NCBI GenBank assembly: GCA_950097015.1
Contig: CATNEN010000030.1
Coordinates: 4,278,001 to 4,342,000 of the forward strand
Length of the DNA: 64,000 nt
Source: Macrostomum hystrix
Lineage: Eukaryota > Animalia > Platyhelminthes
Reading direction: 5' to 3'
Shown here in pieces: positions 52,346-64,000 of the stretch (positions are counted from its first letter, which is position 1; each line of letters begins with the position of its first letter). The position numbers were made by a program, and so were the translations under genes. The notes below the pieces were generated by a model, which was not told the DNA's origin, did not search any database, and saw nothing but the letters and a program-made list of their open reading frames with translations.

Positions 52346-53532
52346 AGGTAGAGGAATGCAGATATATTAGGGGGAGATACCAAAAGAGAAATTTGCAAAT
52401 TGAGGAGAAAAGCAGGGAGAGACACTAGGAGAGAGAGGGGGGAGAGAGAAGATGGAGAGATAAGGAGCGACAGAGGGAGATAGGCATGGAGATTGAACGG
52501 CCCTTACACACACGCACACGCAGTGCAGAGAGTGCTCACGCCAAGAAAGGCAAGTTTCTCGGGGCCCATCCTGCTCGCTCATTGGTTAGGATACGCAGTG
52601 AATTCCTATAACAGTACAAACTGCTACAATCTGCAGCCATCCAGGCGCCCCACTATTCCAAGCTACCGCAAAGCTACCCAAGACAAACAGCGAAATGGAT
52701 TTCGGTAATGTAGTTGGTAAGCGTTTTTAGCAGTTTTCTCTACCTGGCTCGTATTGTGTCATCATATTTAGCGAAGGTTATTCAATTGCACTTTGAGAAC
52801 TAAAGTACTAGTAATGATAACATTAAGATAAGAGGACTCGAGAAGTTTTCAGACGAGAAGTCTGATCTTTCTTGACTTCCCTCAAGAATTCTGACTGTCC
52901 ACTATAGTTCAATCAGTAGCTAGCTCGAGTTCAGAGTCATTTAGGCTAAGAATGTCTCCCCGAGTACTATCTAGATGGCAGATTGATCTGAAGAGGCTGC
53001 TGTTCAACTTTTCCACAAGTAGCTCGTATGAATGCTTGATGCTGGTTGCAGATAATGGTGGCATGCTCGTATTTTGTTCAGTGTTCCACTTCTGTACCGA
53101 CTGACAGCCGGCGGAATATGAATGGGCGGACACAAGCTCTGGAACCGCATTATTTAGGAGTCTCGGGTCGACTGTGTCTGCTCAGCCAGTTTTGTACTAG
53201 TTTGAGTAGGGCGCCTGTCTCCCCTGATTTGCGTACTGAATACAATTTAGTTTTGAAGTAGGCCCGAGCAGTCGCAGGCTAGGCAAGAGTTATTGTAACA
53301 CGATTAGGATTAAACTATATGGCAGGTCAGCTTGTGCATTTCTATTCAGCACTCAATTTTTATTGCCTAATAAGACTGCTAAATGAACGCGAGAACTTAA
53401 TTACAGCTTAGCGTTGAAGCCTATTTTAATGTTTGTGCATGGTGCACCCAGTTCGGGATATAAAGTTATCCAGAAATCAATAGCATGTGACCAACAGCTT
53501 GTGTCAGTTACTGCGTAACACAAAGCATAACA

Positions 53533-53680
53533 TTGCTTCAGTTCACCCAGCTGTTAAATAGATAGGTGTCAGCATTTAATGGTATGGACTGGACTGAATG
53601 GACTAAAAAACAATGCGCAGCCTTCAGAACTTCGGCTGTGCTGTCGGCTGCAAATCTGGCACAATCGGGCAGTGTTATAG
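53533..53680 (+). mobile_element. Truncated, internally deleted copy of the SINE at 62815
   Basis: CATTGCTTCAGTTCACCCAGCTGTTAAAT and CGCAGCCTTCAGA...CGGCTGTGCTGTCGGCTGCA shared with 62925-63085. Confidence 0.8.
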
Positions 53681-53803
53681 ATGTTTTAATTGATTAAATC
53701 ATTGTCATTAATTTTAATCGTAATAGTGAATTCCAAAGAAACTGTATGATCGTGAAGAGCATGAGAGTCCAAATCTTCCTATTAAAGCGCGAGCCCAAAC
53801 ACA

Positions 53804-55015
53804 ATGCCACCGACTAATATAAAAACAAATGCCATTGTAGAGCAGAACTCCACGAACAAATCCAATGGCTCTGACAGTTGGAGCGAGCACCTACTGAACG
53901 CTTTCCAAATCCTTCTGTATTCCAACAACATTGTCGCTGCAATCGGCATCGTTATAAACCTTATCAATTACTGCGTCTTCTGCCACAGTCCGGTCCGAAA
54001 GCACTACCTTTCTCGAGTACTTCGTCTGCTTTCGCTAAACGACATGCTACTGCAGCTAATCTACCTAGTTTCTGCCACCAGCACCTTGCACGACAGCAAC
54101 CTGTTCAGCTGCTATGTGATCAACTACTCGTACAGCCTGCTGACTTTCCTTAGCGCCTGGCTGCTGGTGGGCATCAGCCTGGACCGCTTCATGTGCATTG
54201 TGCTGCCGGCCACGTACACTCCTAGCATCGGCTCCGAGAAGGCTCACCGTTTGGTTCTCATCGTCGTGGCGCTAGGCCTGGCCTGGAGTATCCACGTCTT
54301 TATTCTTGTCGATTACCGCGTGGTTCCCGAACTCGAGCCGGATCGAAAGTACTGCCGCATCCAAACGTCCATGATGACGTGGCACGCGTTGGACTCCGTG
54401 GTGAGCGCCATCGCACCCGGCCTTCTGCTCACGGTGATGAACTGCTACATCTGCTTCGCTGTGCGCTCCTTCTTTCGACGGGTCCGGCTGAACAACCTGC
54501 GCGAGTCTGTGCTGTGCGACCGCGCCCAGCTGGCCAAGCTCCGGCAGGGCACTGCGAGTAAGTGCGCCCACCGCGCCTGCTTCGTGTTCCAGCAGCAGCA
54601 GGAGATGCTACTGAGACAGCAGAAGCAGCAGCACCAGCAGCACCAGGAACAGCAACAGGAGCAACAGAATTCGCCTTCTGTAGAGCAGCAATCTACAAGT
54701 CAAACGGTTTGCGACATTTTCATCGATACATTTTTACAAGAATGGTGTATCCAATCGCAGTGTTTGAACTCAAAAAGTGTATGACTTTGATTCTGTATTA
54801 GGCTTCAGTGTAATCATTCATTTGCTTATATAACTAGCATTCCTTTTCTTTGCTAGTTGTGAGCTCATGTTGTGGTAGTATACATGCTTTCAGCAGAACG
54901 CAGAACTCACGCTAATAGAATTTGTGATCTCATTACTGGGTGACATCCGCTGGTAACAACCCACAGGACTGCGGAGACGAAGCCAGTGGCTCCGATCAGA
55001 GCCAACGGCACTCCA

Positions 55016-55049
<34 letters not shown>

Positions 55050-55389
55050 ATGCTTGGAGGAGTCGCCTAGCAACACGGAAGAGAACAACAGCGCCAAGGA
55101 GCTGCTCCGTCAGCAATACCAGATCACGAGGATGCTGCTAATCTTCTGCCTGGCTTACCTGCTGCTGAACCTGCCCCACTATCTGGCCCTGATGGTTGCT
55201 CTGGTCAGGTACCCGGTGCACCCAGCTCGAGTGCTGCAGTTTAACATCATGCGGTCCGTAGCCCAGCTGCTGTACTTTGTGCACTTCTCCACGAATTCGC
55301 TGATCTACGCCTACGCCAATAAGCAGTTTCGCATAGCGTTCGTCCGCCTGGGCCACAGGTGCTTCCGCATCTGCTGCTGGTGTCAGTGA
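53804..55389 (+). CDS. Class A (rhodopsin-like) GPCR, probable neuropeptide receptor, 2 exons (53804-54706, 54967-55389)
   Basis: Seven hydrophobic helices; TM3 [15 protein letters not shown]6 YLLLNLP, TM7 [14 protein letters not shown]; phase-0 intron inside a polyQ-rich third intracellular loop. Confidence 0.88.
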
Positions 55390-56242
55390 ATTGAGCAGAA
55401 TTATCGAGCGTGGTAAGCACAGTGAGCCTATTGTGTCTGCAGTACCGAAATCCTAATTAACAGAGTCAAGCGTGAAGGTGTCAGGTTCAGTCAGATTAAA
55501 AATTGAGACCTGCTTTTTATTAATTCCATCAAGGACCACCACTAAGGACTGTTTAGTAAATCTGTTTTTAGTTTGTTAAATTTGCTACATTCAATCGACA
55601 GCAAAAATATTTTTTCTACTTAGGGCTGTGATGAGGTTTTTTAATCGACAATAGCAGTTCCATGAAAGAAATTTAAAAAGTTTTACTAACCCGATTTTAA
55701 TGCTTGTACGAGTTTGTTCGTATGTTCTGGTTTGTAAACCATTTTGTTCTGTTACTGTTACTTGTGGTGTTGTTAAACAAATATTTACCTTCTTTACATG
55801 TTTTTAAGTATTTTATTATTACATGATTTTTAATATAAAAATGTAGCTTTGGTTTGACCATACTAACATTGCATGCAGTCTTTGTATCTTGCGCTAGACA
55901 AACTATTTTACCTTGCTTTTTTAACCATCTTTTTAACTAACCAAGTGAAAGATATCATTTAAAATCTTGCCAATTATTGCGCTTTGATGATTTCTAAGTT
56001 CATTTTCATTGAATTTGGTGAATCTGTTTCTGAGATTCCCATTTCCCATAGCTGCTACGTAACTGCATTAGTCTATTGATTCTACGATTGCTTAACAAGC
56101 TAGTTGTGTTTTTTACTGTTTTCCCACAAGCACTATCGACTGTTATCAAAAATAAATAATCGTTGCCTCGATGACCACCTGATGACTAAACAAGAACTGT
56201 ACTTCTTACCAGATTTCTGACAATCAATTCTCCCTACCTTTG

Positions 56243-56425
56243 AATAAGCTGGAGCTGAATGAGCTGGGGCTGGATGAGCTGGAGCTGGATGAGCTGGAGC
56301 TGGATGAGCTGGAGCTGGATGAGCTGGAGCTGGATGAGCTGGAGCTGGATGAGCTGGAGCTGGATGAGCTGGAGTTGGATGAGCTGCAGCTGGATGAGCT
56401 GCAGCTGAATGAGCTGCAGCTGGAC
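56243..56425. repeat. 15-bp tandem repeat (CTGGATGAGCTGGAG), about 12 units
   Basis: Direct inspection. Confidence 0.92.
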
Positions 56426-59400
56426 GAGCCGGAGTTTGGAGGGCTAAAGTTAGGTGAACAGATAATTGACTGATCTATTCGACTGGGCTCGATACTGTAT
56501 TCAATAATTAGATCCCAGAGCTCAAGTCTGAGCTGCCTGAGAGTAAGCCCAAGAAGTTGTGCACTTTTATGCCTCACTAGGCAATAAAAAAACTATTTAC
56601 ACATGATGCAACCCGTACAAAGATCTTTTGCACCGGGTTGGCACGCTGATGCCCTGTATCATTGTCATTAAGCTAGAGACAAGATATATATATATATATA
56701 TTGGAAGCAACTTGTTGGGAGCAAAAATCGCAAAATTAGACTGGTCGATAGCCAATTATAAATGATCAAATGTTTCCGTGTCGGATGTAAAATTTACCAA
56801 AAACGATTCTACAGCACTGATCTTGATTGACCAATTAAACTGCAGACGCATCGGACACGCACTGCAGCTAAAGTACAAAATAAGAACATCGGCCATAAAT
56901 CCACTTTCACAGATCACACAAAAGCGAACAATTTGAAATGAAGACCATAAATAAAGCACTAAAAAAGCAAATGACGCGCTTAATCTGTCTGTAACTGTTT
57001 CTACAAGCTCACAGATCAATTTAGAAAATTCCGATCGTATCCGTTATCAGCGTGGGAGGCCACAGCCAGTTTAGTATGTTATTTCACTCAAAACACATCG
57101 AAATTTTTGAAGGCATGCAAGAAGAATTTACTAGGCATGGAAGTGTCCGCTCCCAGTTCTATTATCTGTTTTCAGGTCTTGCTTCTGCACTTGGATCCGC
57201 GCCGGGGGCACTCACTCACCCTGCGTGGCGGGGAGGGCCTTTTTGTATGCCTGCGTGTGTGATATCTTTGTCTGCCTGTTAATTTTTAGGGATGCCCGCC
57301 TTACGGAATTCTTAAAGGATACTTTGTTCATTTGTACTTATAACGAATGTCTATTTGTTGTAACAAGTCTCTTAGGACTTTCCGTCCGACGTTTTTTCCT
57401 ATGTATGAGTGACCTCAGTGCTATTTTTAGTAACAGACCCCGTCGGTCATGGGTCTGTTTACCGATTTATATGACGTCAGTTTCTATTTATAGAAAGCAC
57501 GTAATATGGCGCTATCCCATTTTTCTGCACTATATTAACAGTGCCCCTACAAAGGCCAAGATCAGAAGTCTTCTATCTTTTGCTCTAAACGTCCCGCCGT
57601 TGCTATTATTTGCGTGTATCCCAACCACATTATATTATTCTCCGTTAATATAATGTTATATTATTCTCCCTTAGTATAATGGGCACAAAGGCATTAGTGA
57701 GCCTGTGTGCATCATCTTCGGATGCATCGAATTCAAAGCAGCCACGTCAGAGGCTGATGAAAAGTCACTAAATTGATATTTGAAGACAAATTTCAGTTCA
57801 GGAGTCAGTAACTCGGTCTGTCAGCGCGCAGCCAAGCAGCAAAAGCCGAAGGCTGGTCGCTGGTCATCTGATATCCCTTCTGAAATTTACTCATACCTTG
57901 GCCCAGTGCTCATATGAAATCCGAATCTAGCCAGCCTTATCTAGTGTGCCTTAATCTTGCCTAACCAAAAAGGGATTTCTGCTTTGCTAGGGATTTTGGC
58001 TTCTGCTACCCCGCCACCGATTAGGGTTAAAGAGTTAAATTTGTGTTTTTTTCCGCACAAATTATTTTAGTAATTTCATTAGTTACGCTGTTTTAGTGTA
58101 AACTCTTGTACTTTCCATGAAAGTACATGCGAGAAGGTCATGAGCCTTGACCTTGATCCCTTTATCCTACAATTTCACATATGGATAGCTTTGCAATAGA
58201 CGAGTTTAAAAAACCATTCCGACTATCTACATGATCTACGAGTACATAAAATTATCTACCCTAAACCCTAGTGAACTTCATCTAATGCTGCGTTTTTAGT
58301 GTGCCTAGTTGATAATATCGCAGCACACCTTTAAATGCATCCATAATAAAAAACCTTTCAAAGGATTTAGTGATAACACGGTGTGAATTTAGCTATTCCA
58401 TTTAATAATTCCTTGTTAATTTGACGCTCAGCACAGAAGGTATGGATTCTCATGCGCAAAACTAGTAGGTATGGATTGTATATACTGCTTGTATTATATC
58501 AGTTATCTAAGCCTGCTAAGCTTCATCGCGTATCAGTATCTTAATTAAGTTCTGCATGTCGAGACTGACGCGTTTAATTAGCGGAATTCGTTTAACCGCA
58601 AGCATCTTCAAAGCGAAACTCAGTACTTTGGAGAACACACAGGCACGCAAGATAATAATTTTCACCTTTTCTGGCAGGCAAAACCATTTTTCCTGTAGCG
58701 TAAAAAGTAATGAATGTATGCATAAAATATAAAATAAATCAAGTCATATTTTGTCATCTTGCACATGAGCGTTCTTTACATTAGCCACCTCCAAGCTTTG
58801 GGAAACTGATTATTGCTACTTCAGCATTTTATACCAAGAAAGCTTTACTAATTGAAGTACATATTGACTTTTGATGTTGTCTGAGAGATAGGTGAAATAT
58901 ATACTTTTAAATATATTGTTATTTATCTGGTTACAGTGTCATTCGAAAAAAACACTATCTTTAAAGCCTAAATAAGCGCCAAAATCAGAAGCGAAATCGC
59001 TTTATAAAAGTCCTCTTATTTCTGATCCTACTGTCAAAAAAGTTGATTAATATTTTCCTTAGTCACAATGAACTACTAAAAGTAATGTATCGGATAAACG
59101 ATTTCCGCAGCAGCACATCTCGCACCAAGGCCACGGACTGTGAAGCGCCGAGGCAGAGCCATGTTGCGAACTGACAAACCCAGATAAAATATGAAGTAAC
59201 GCAGAAAAAGGGTCCCGCTGTGCGAGGCTGTGCCGCTAAAGTTCGCATCTATCCGCTCGGGAATAGATGGAATTGTCAACTCGGCGCGATTCGCTACACT
59301 TTGGCATCGATAAGCATGCAGTCAGCAGCGTCAGTAACTGGACGTCCTGGCTATTCTGGGGGGAGAAGCTGTCTGCCTGGATCCCGTTTGCCGCTACTTG

Positions 59401-59829
59401 TTAGCAAAATCCAGTGAGAAAATTCAGGCTGTAAGTACTGTACCCCAGCCACATCAGGGTTCTTCATCCTGCTTGCATAAGCAAATTGGGCACAATCACT
59501 GAAATATGGCCCTATAAAGCAGCTCTGCTTTATCGGTCATTTTGCCAAATTGATGCGTCTTTTCTTTGCAAAAGGAACCACCGCCCGGAATTGATTGCTA
59601 CCTATTTATTGCTTAGCCACCGCCGTAGATAAGGCATGAGCAACAAAAGCTGGCTGCGGCAGCATGGGCCGTTGTGGACTCGTTGGGTATCTAGAACTCG
59701 ACTCAACTCGAAATGATCGGCGGCACGCATGGACCCTTAGGTTGGTCTTATCAAGGCTTAGTGCGGAGTGAAGAGTAGGAAGAAGTATAACTTACCCAGG
59801 CTGCTCTAATCTGAGTTTTACCATCTTGT

Positions 59830-59941
59830 GCTGTTTGACGAGTTCTTGACGATCAAAAATTTGAGTGGAGGGTACAAACCTCAGCTGTCTGACGAGTTCT
59901 TGACGATCAAAAATTTGAGTGTAGGGTACAAACCTCAGCTG
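59830..59941. repeat. 54-bp tandem duplication (2 copies)
   Basis: GCTGT(T/C)TGACGAGTTCTTGACGATCAAAAATTTGAGTG(G/T)AGGGTACAAACCTCA at 59830 and 59884. Confidence 0.9.
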
Positions 59942-61808
59942 CTACGAATAGTCTATCGTTCGGATTAGTTTATGGACTGTTCCATCATCCATCTGGGTCA
60001 CATTAGTTGCAGCTGAGACACACCTGAGACGCTGAGCAGATACAGAAGGTCGACAAAGTGCTTGCTTTCATCCGGCTAGCTCATCAGGACTCAGTTGGCG
60101 AGAGAACTGGCAGCTGGAGGACAGGAAATGGACAGAAATTCAAGCAGAAATACTGTACTCAAAATAGCATTCCTAATTAATCACACGCTACATAGCGATC
60201 TAAGTTAGGAAATGTTGTTCGAGCTGAGTCAGGATTCACCTACCTGAGTCTCCTCAATAGTACGGCCTAAATTAGCTGAATCCCATCGTTCCCTGCGGCT
60301 ACTAACCCCGCAATCACCCCAAGTTGTCTCACGCTCCGCCAATATCCTTATCTTATTTGCATTGTGTGAACAATTGCAAACCGTTGCAGAAATACAAGCT
60401 GATCTCCAATGCGCTCTAACAGCGACCAATGGCTCTGATGCGCACGAATAAAAATTACATAAATATTCATCCAAATTTTTGTTTATTTTTGCTAATTCAA
60501 ACCCGGCAAAAAGCATTATGCTCTTCGAAGCTTGTTTGAAACAAGATTTGCAACAAGAGTAGCAGGACCGTTATAGACTTTCTATCGTAGTACCTGATCA
60601 CGTGATCACGTTACGGGTGGCTGTGTCGATAATTGAGGTCCATGTCGGAAATCAATCGTCATTGGGTTATTAGAAGTGCCACCAATTATAGATAGTAGCA
60701 TAATTATCCAGTACGGTGAATGCTCAAGCCAAAAACCTTGTAAATTTGCTTACGGCCTATCATGCAGGCTATAGCAATGACATGTACGACTTTGTACTTT
60801 TGATCTTTTGTACCTTTGATCAACCCTTTGTTTGACATATGATTAGAAAACTCGTGGCTATGCTGTCGGTTGCAACTACAAAGCATGTTTCCGCTTTAGG
60901 ACTCAAGAACACGCGAACTCTGTTAAAATTAATTAAAACTGTACCGCCACTGACAGAAACATGGCTAATGGTTCGCATCAGTCGGGACAATTGAGTTGCA
61001 GAATAAATTCTGCGCATAAATTGAAATTCGCTGAGGAAAATGACGCTTTTAGAGGAGTGGAGATCCTGAGGTAAATGGTAGTACTGATGCTAATGACAAA
61101 GTAAAATACAAATAAAATACAAGGGCCAACTGAAATTTGCACCCAACAACTTTAAGACTCATTTGCTTTCTGTTCTTCAATGAAAAAAATTAATTCCATA
61201 ACAGGCCTTTTTTAACTAGGCCTTAGTTCTCAAATAACCGATCTAAACATAGCTCTTCTCGCATATTTATTTCAAAAGCTTATCATACTGAATCACCAAG
61301 TTGACCATCAGAAAATACCATTGTAGCTCGTAGTTTAAAAAAAGCGTGCGTGCTGCATAGAAATCTCGAATGAAAAAACTTCTGAAACTAGTGACGAAAC
61401 TCAGAAATGAATAAACACTTTATTCATGGTTGTACTATTTTAAATCGTCAAATAAATTCAACCAACGGAGCCTAACCCTAACCCTGGTCCGCGTAGGCAA
61501 AAAGCTGTACAAAAACAGATTCTACTCGCAGAATTTGGTAATAATTGTTTCGCTCAATCATTTTTGCATACTCAAAATGAATTTTCTGATAATAGCCTCA
61601 CAATTTGCAACAGTTTTTATTTTGCTAGCAATGCCTTCTTCTATTTAGAGTATGTAAAACTGGAGGCCTTTTACATTTATTTTATCTTTTACTGAGCTGA
61701 GCGCTGGAGTAGCCTGAAGCAGTAGTTTATGTGTACAGATAATTACCGCAAACTGTTATTGAGTCACCGAAGGGCATAGCTGTGCTCATTCGGCATTCGG
61801 TCATGCTT

Positions 61809-63786
61809 TCAGTCAATAGCCGTTTCGATCTCCTCCGTTCGGGATACCCTAAGTCCGTCGGTCAGCCCGACCGAATCGATGGCAGCTGCCGCATCGCCAG
61901 CATTCGCCTGACGAAGCAGTCTTCCAGCAACTCGACTTTTTGTTGCGGCAGCTGCTGCCGCAGAGGCAGCAGTTGAGCCTGGGCGACCAACTGGAGCAGA
62001 GCAGCAGCGAAGAAAGCTACGAAATTCTGTGCGGAAGCTGCGACAGGCCAGGTTGTAGATGACTGGATTCAAACAGTAGTTTAGGTAGAACAGCAGGCGC
62101 AGCAAGTCCAACGAGAGGTGGGTCAGGTAGCCCGCAGCCATCCTGAAGCAGGTGTCATTAGCTAGGCACAGAGCCAGGCTGCGAAGCGGCATAGTTGTGA
62201 AGAAGTACACGGCGGCCACGATCACGCTGAAGTACACGACCCTACGACGGTGCTTCAATGCACCGCTATTGGTTGCGCAACAAGTTTGCTGGCTGCGTCG
62301 AATCTGCTGCTGCTGCTGCTGCTCCTGGTGCTGGGATCCCATGCTGAAGTGGCTGCCAAGCCGAGAGGGCAGTGACAGTCTGAAGTCAGGGCATTCGAGC
62401 ATTGGATTGAAGTAAACAATACATAACAGAAATTCTTCAAGCCATGAAACATACTGTTGAAATTATCTAAATACGATTTCAAACCCATGCGGACAGAAGT
62501 CAGTTTTAAGTGAGTTAAAAACATCCAAGGACTTTGTTCGAAAAGTTGGGTGAATGGCAGAGCCGTTAACGCGCACCAAGGCCCCTGAGCTCGATTCCGC
62601 GGCGAGGCCACATTCGTGAGGGGCGCAGCCGCTTAGAGAATGTTTGGGGGCTTGTGCAATTTACGCCCTTATAGGCCAACCTCCAAGGCACAGTGAAAGT
62701 GTACACTGCCTGATGAGGAGAAAGTTAGGGCAGATGTACAGACCTATGGGAGCTTGTGCGTGCGTACGGTATCTGTGCGCGTGCGTGCTCAGCGAAATGG
62801 GAAGAATTGTCCTCTCGCTGGCCGCCGGTCTACTTTCACCAACTACTCACGACTTGAAGGTCGGGGGTTCGATTCCCGACTCCACTGGAACAATTTGTGT
62901 CCTTTAGCAAGACACTTAACTCAGCATTGCTTCAGTTCACCCAGCTGTTAAATGGGTACCAGCATCAGCTGGGATAATTGAAGGTGGGTGTGGCGTCCCC
63001 CCCAGTCCGTGGACTGAACAGCTGTACGCAGCCTTCAGATGCGCCGCGCGTCGAATCTGCTAGCTGCGGCTGTGCTGTCGGCTGCACAACTGACCCAAGT
63101 GGGGCAGGTGTAATCAATTATTATTATTATTATTAATTACTTTCACCAAGTGATTATCGTTACCCGCAGCTCTCCTGCAATTATTATTATTGGTAAAAAT
63201 AAGCCGGGTTCACATAGAAACAGATGAGCTAACCTGAGTGAAGAATTCCGCTGCTGCTGTGGCAGCGGCTGCAGTAGCTGCTGTTGCTGCTGTTGCTGCT
63301 GTTGCTGCTGTTGCTGCTGTTGCTGCTGTTGCTGCTGTTGCTGCCGTCCATCTCCTTGACTGTGCTTTCCGCGCAGATGCCGAAACGAGCGGACCAGTCG
63401 GCAGAAAATCAGGGCGTAGAGCACCGCTGTGACACCCAATGGCAGGAACAGCTCCGTTACGGTGTTCAGGACATAAAATGTACCTTGGCGCATCACATGC
63501 GGCACAAGGCTTTGATTGGACGCTGGGAGGTAACACATGTACAGAGTGATCTCTGTTTCTGGGACCACGCTGACGTCCAAGAAGGCAGTGCAAAAGAACG
63601 GCAGTGGAACTAATAGCGACAGGCACCACAGCAGGACCAGGGCGCCTGTGCGGAGTCCCTTTCTGGTCAATAGGACGGGCGCCTTCAGCGGATACCAAAC
63701 CACTATGAAGCGCTCTACAGCTACTAGAACAATACTGAGGCTGGACGCCATGGTGAACACGTGCTCCAGCCAGAAGCTCAGCTTGC
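61809..63786 (-). CDS. Class A peptide GPCR, partial (TM3-TM7; TM1-2 not found in the window), TRH/ETH/ghrelin-receptor-like signature
   Basis: Exons 63786-63234 and 62379-61809; (C)KLSFWLEH..ASSLSIVLVAVERF..WYPLKA, TM5 FLPLGV..LYALI, TM6 FFTTMP, TM7 NYCLNPVIYN..SFR; phase-2 intron in the third intracellular loop; Q20 tract. Confidence 0.88.
62815..63137 (+). mobile_element. Near full-length tRNA-derived SINE, antisense within the GPCR intron
   Basis: Degenerate A box (TGGCCGCCGG), B box GGTTCGATTCC, body GTGTCCTTTAGCAAGACACTTAAC...CACCCAGCTGTTAAATGGGTACC, (ATT)n tail; two other partial copies in the window. Confidence 0.85.
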
Positions 63787-64000
63787 CTTCAGGTCCATGC
63801 GGGTGTGGAGTATATGTTCGAATAGCTCAATTTGTGCACTAAGCCTTCATGCCCAATGTATATTTCGTTCAGATCAAGTGTCTCCGCCGTTCACAAGAAG
63901 TTGTTCCTGCACTTTGATTAACTTTTAGTTGGCCTATCAGTTCTCAAATATAATTGAGGGTCAACTGGAATCCGTCGGTTGATCGGCCTGGCTTGCACTT

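Noticed and set aside
56240-56473. 77-aa LELDE-repeat ORF as an acidic leucine-repeat peptide
   Set aside because: Explained by a 15-bp tandem repeat in the region 3' of the GPCR; no splice context or unique coding flank.
57225-57653. 142-aa hydrophobic ORF or DNA transposon
   Set aside because: T-rich chance ORF; no terminal inverted repeats, target-site duplication or transposase motif could be confirmed by eye.

Overview
Eukaryotic (animal) genomic DNA, not prokaryotic. It has GT-AG spliced genes, CAG/polyQ-rich exons and introns swollen by minisatellites; the style suggests a Macrostomum-like flatworm (inference only). Contents: (1) a complete 20-exon kinesin-3 gene, unc-104/KIF1A (2436-25604, +, about 1749 aa when the exons are joined by hand); (2) a convergent two-exon SDR oxidoreductase (-); (3) just upstream on the same strand, an unidentified spliced gene whose translation follows the motif spacing of a Penelope-type reverse transcriptase but lacks YxDD; (4) a syntenin-like tandem-PDZ gene with several candidate first exons; (5) two tail-to-tail rhodopsin-class peptide GPCRs; (6) a tRNA-derived SINE family; (7) about 14 tandem arrays, several belonging to families that recur at distant loci. 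The best leads are hidden isoform modules inside unc-104 (two duplicated-looking exons, one with a hydrophobic read-through tail; an in-frame internal ATG behind CCAAT/GC boxes; a 21-nt microexon; a stop-free in-frame 1875-nt repeat intron) and the possible dead-RT gene. All exon models were read by eye and need RNA support. Most long ORFs in the supplied track are artefacts of repeats.
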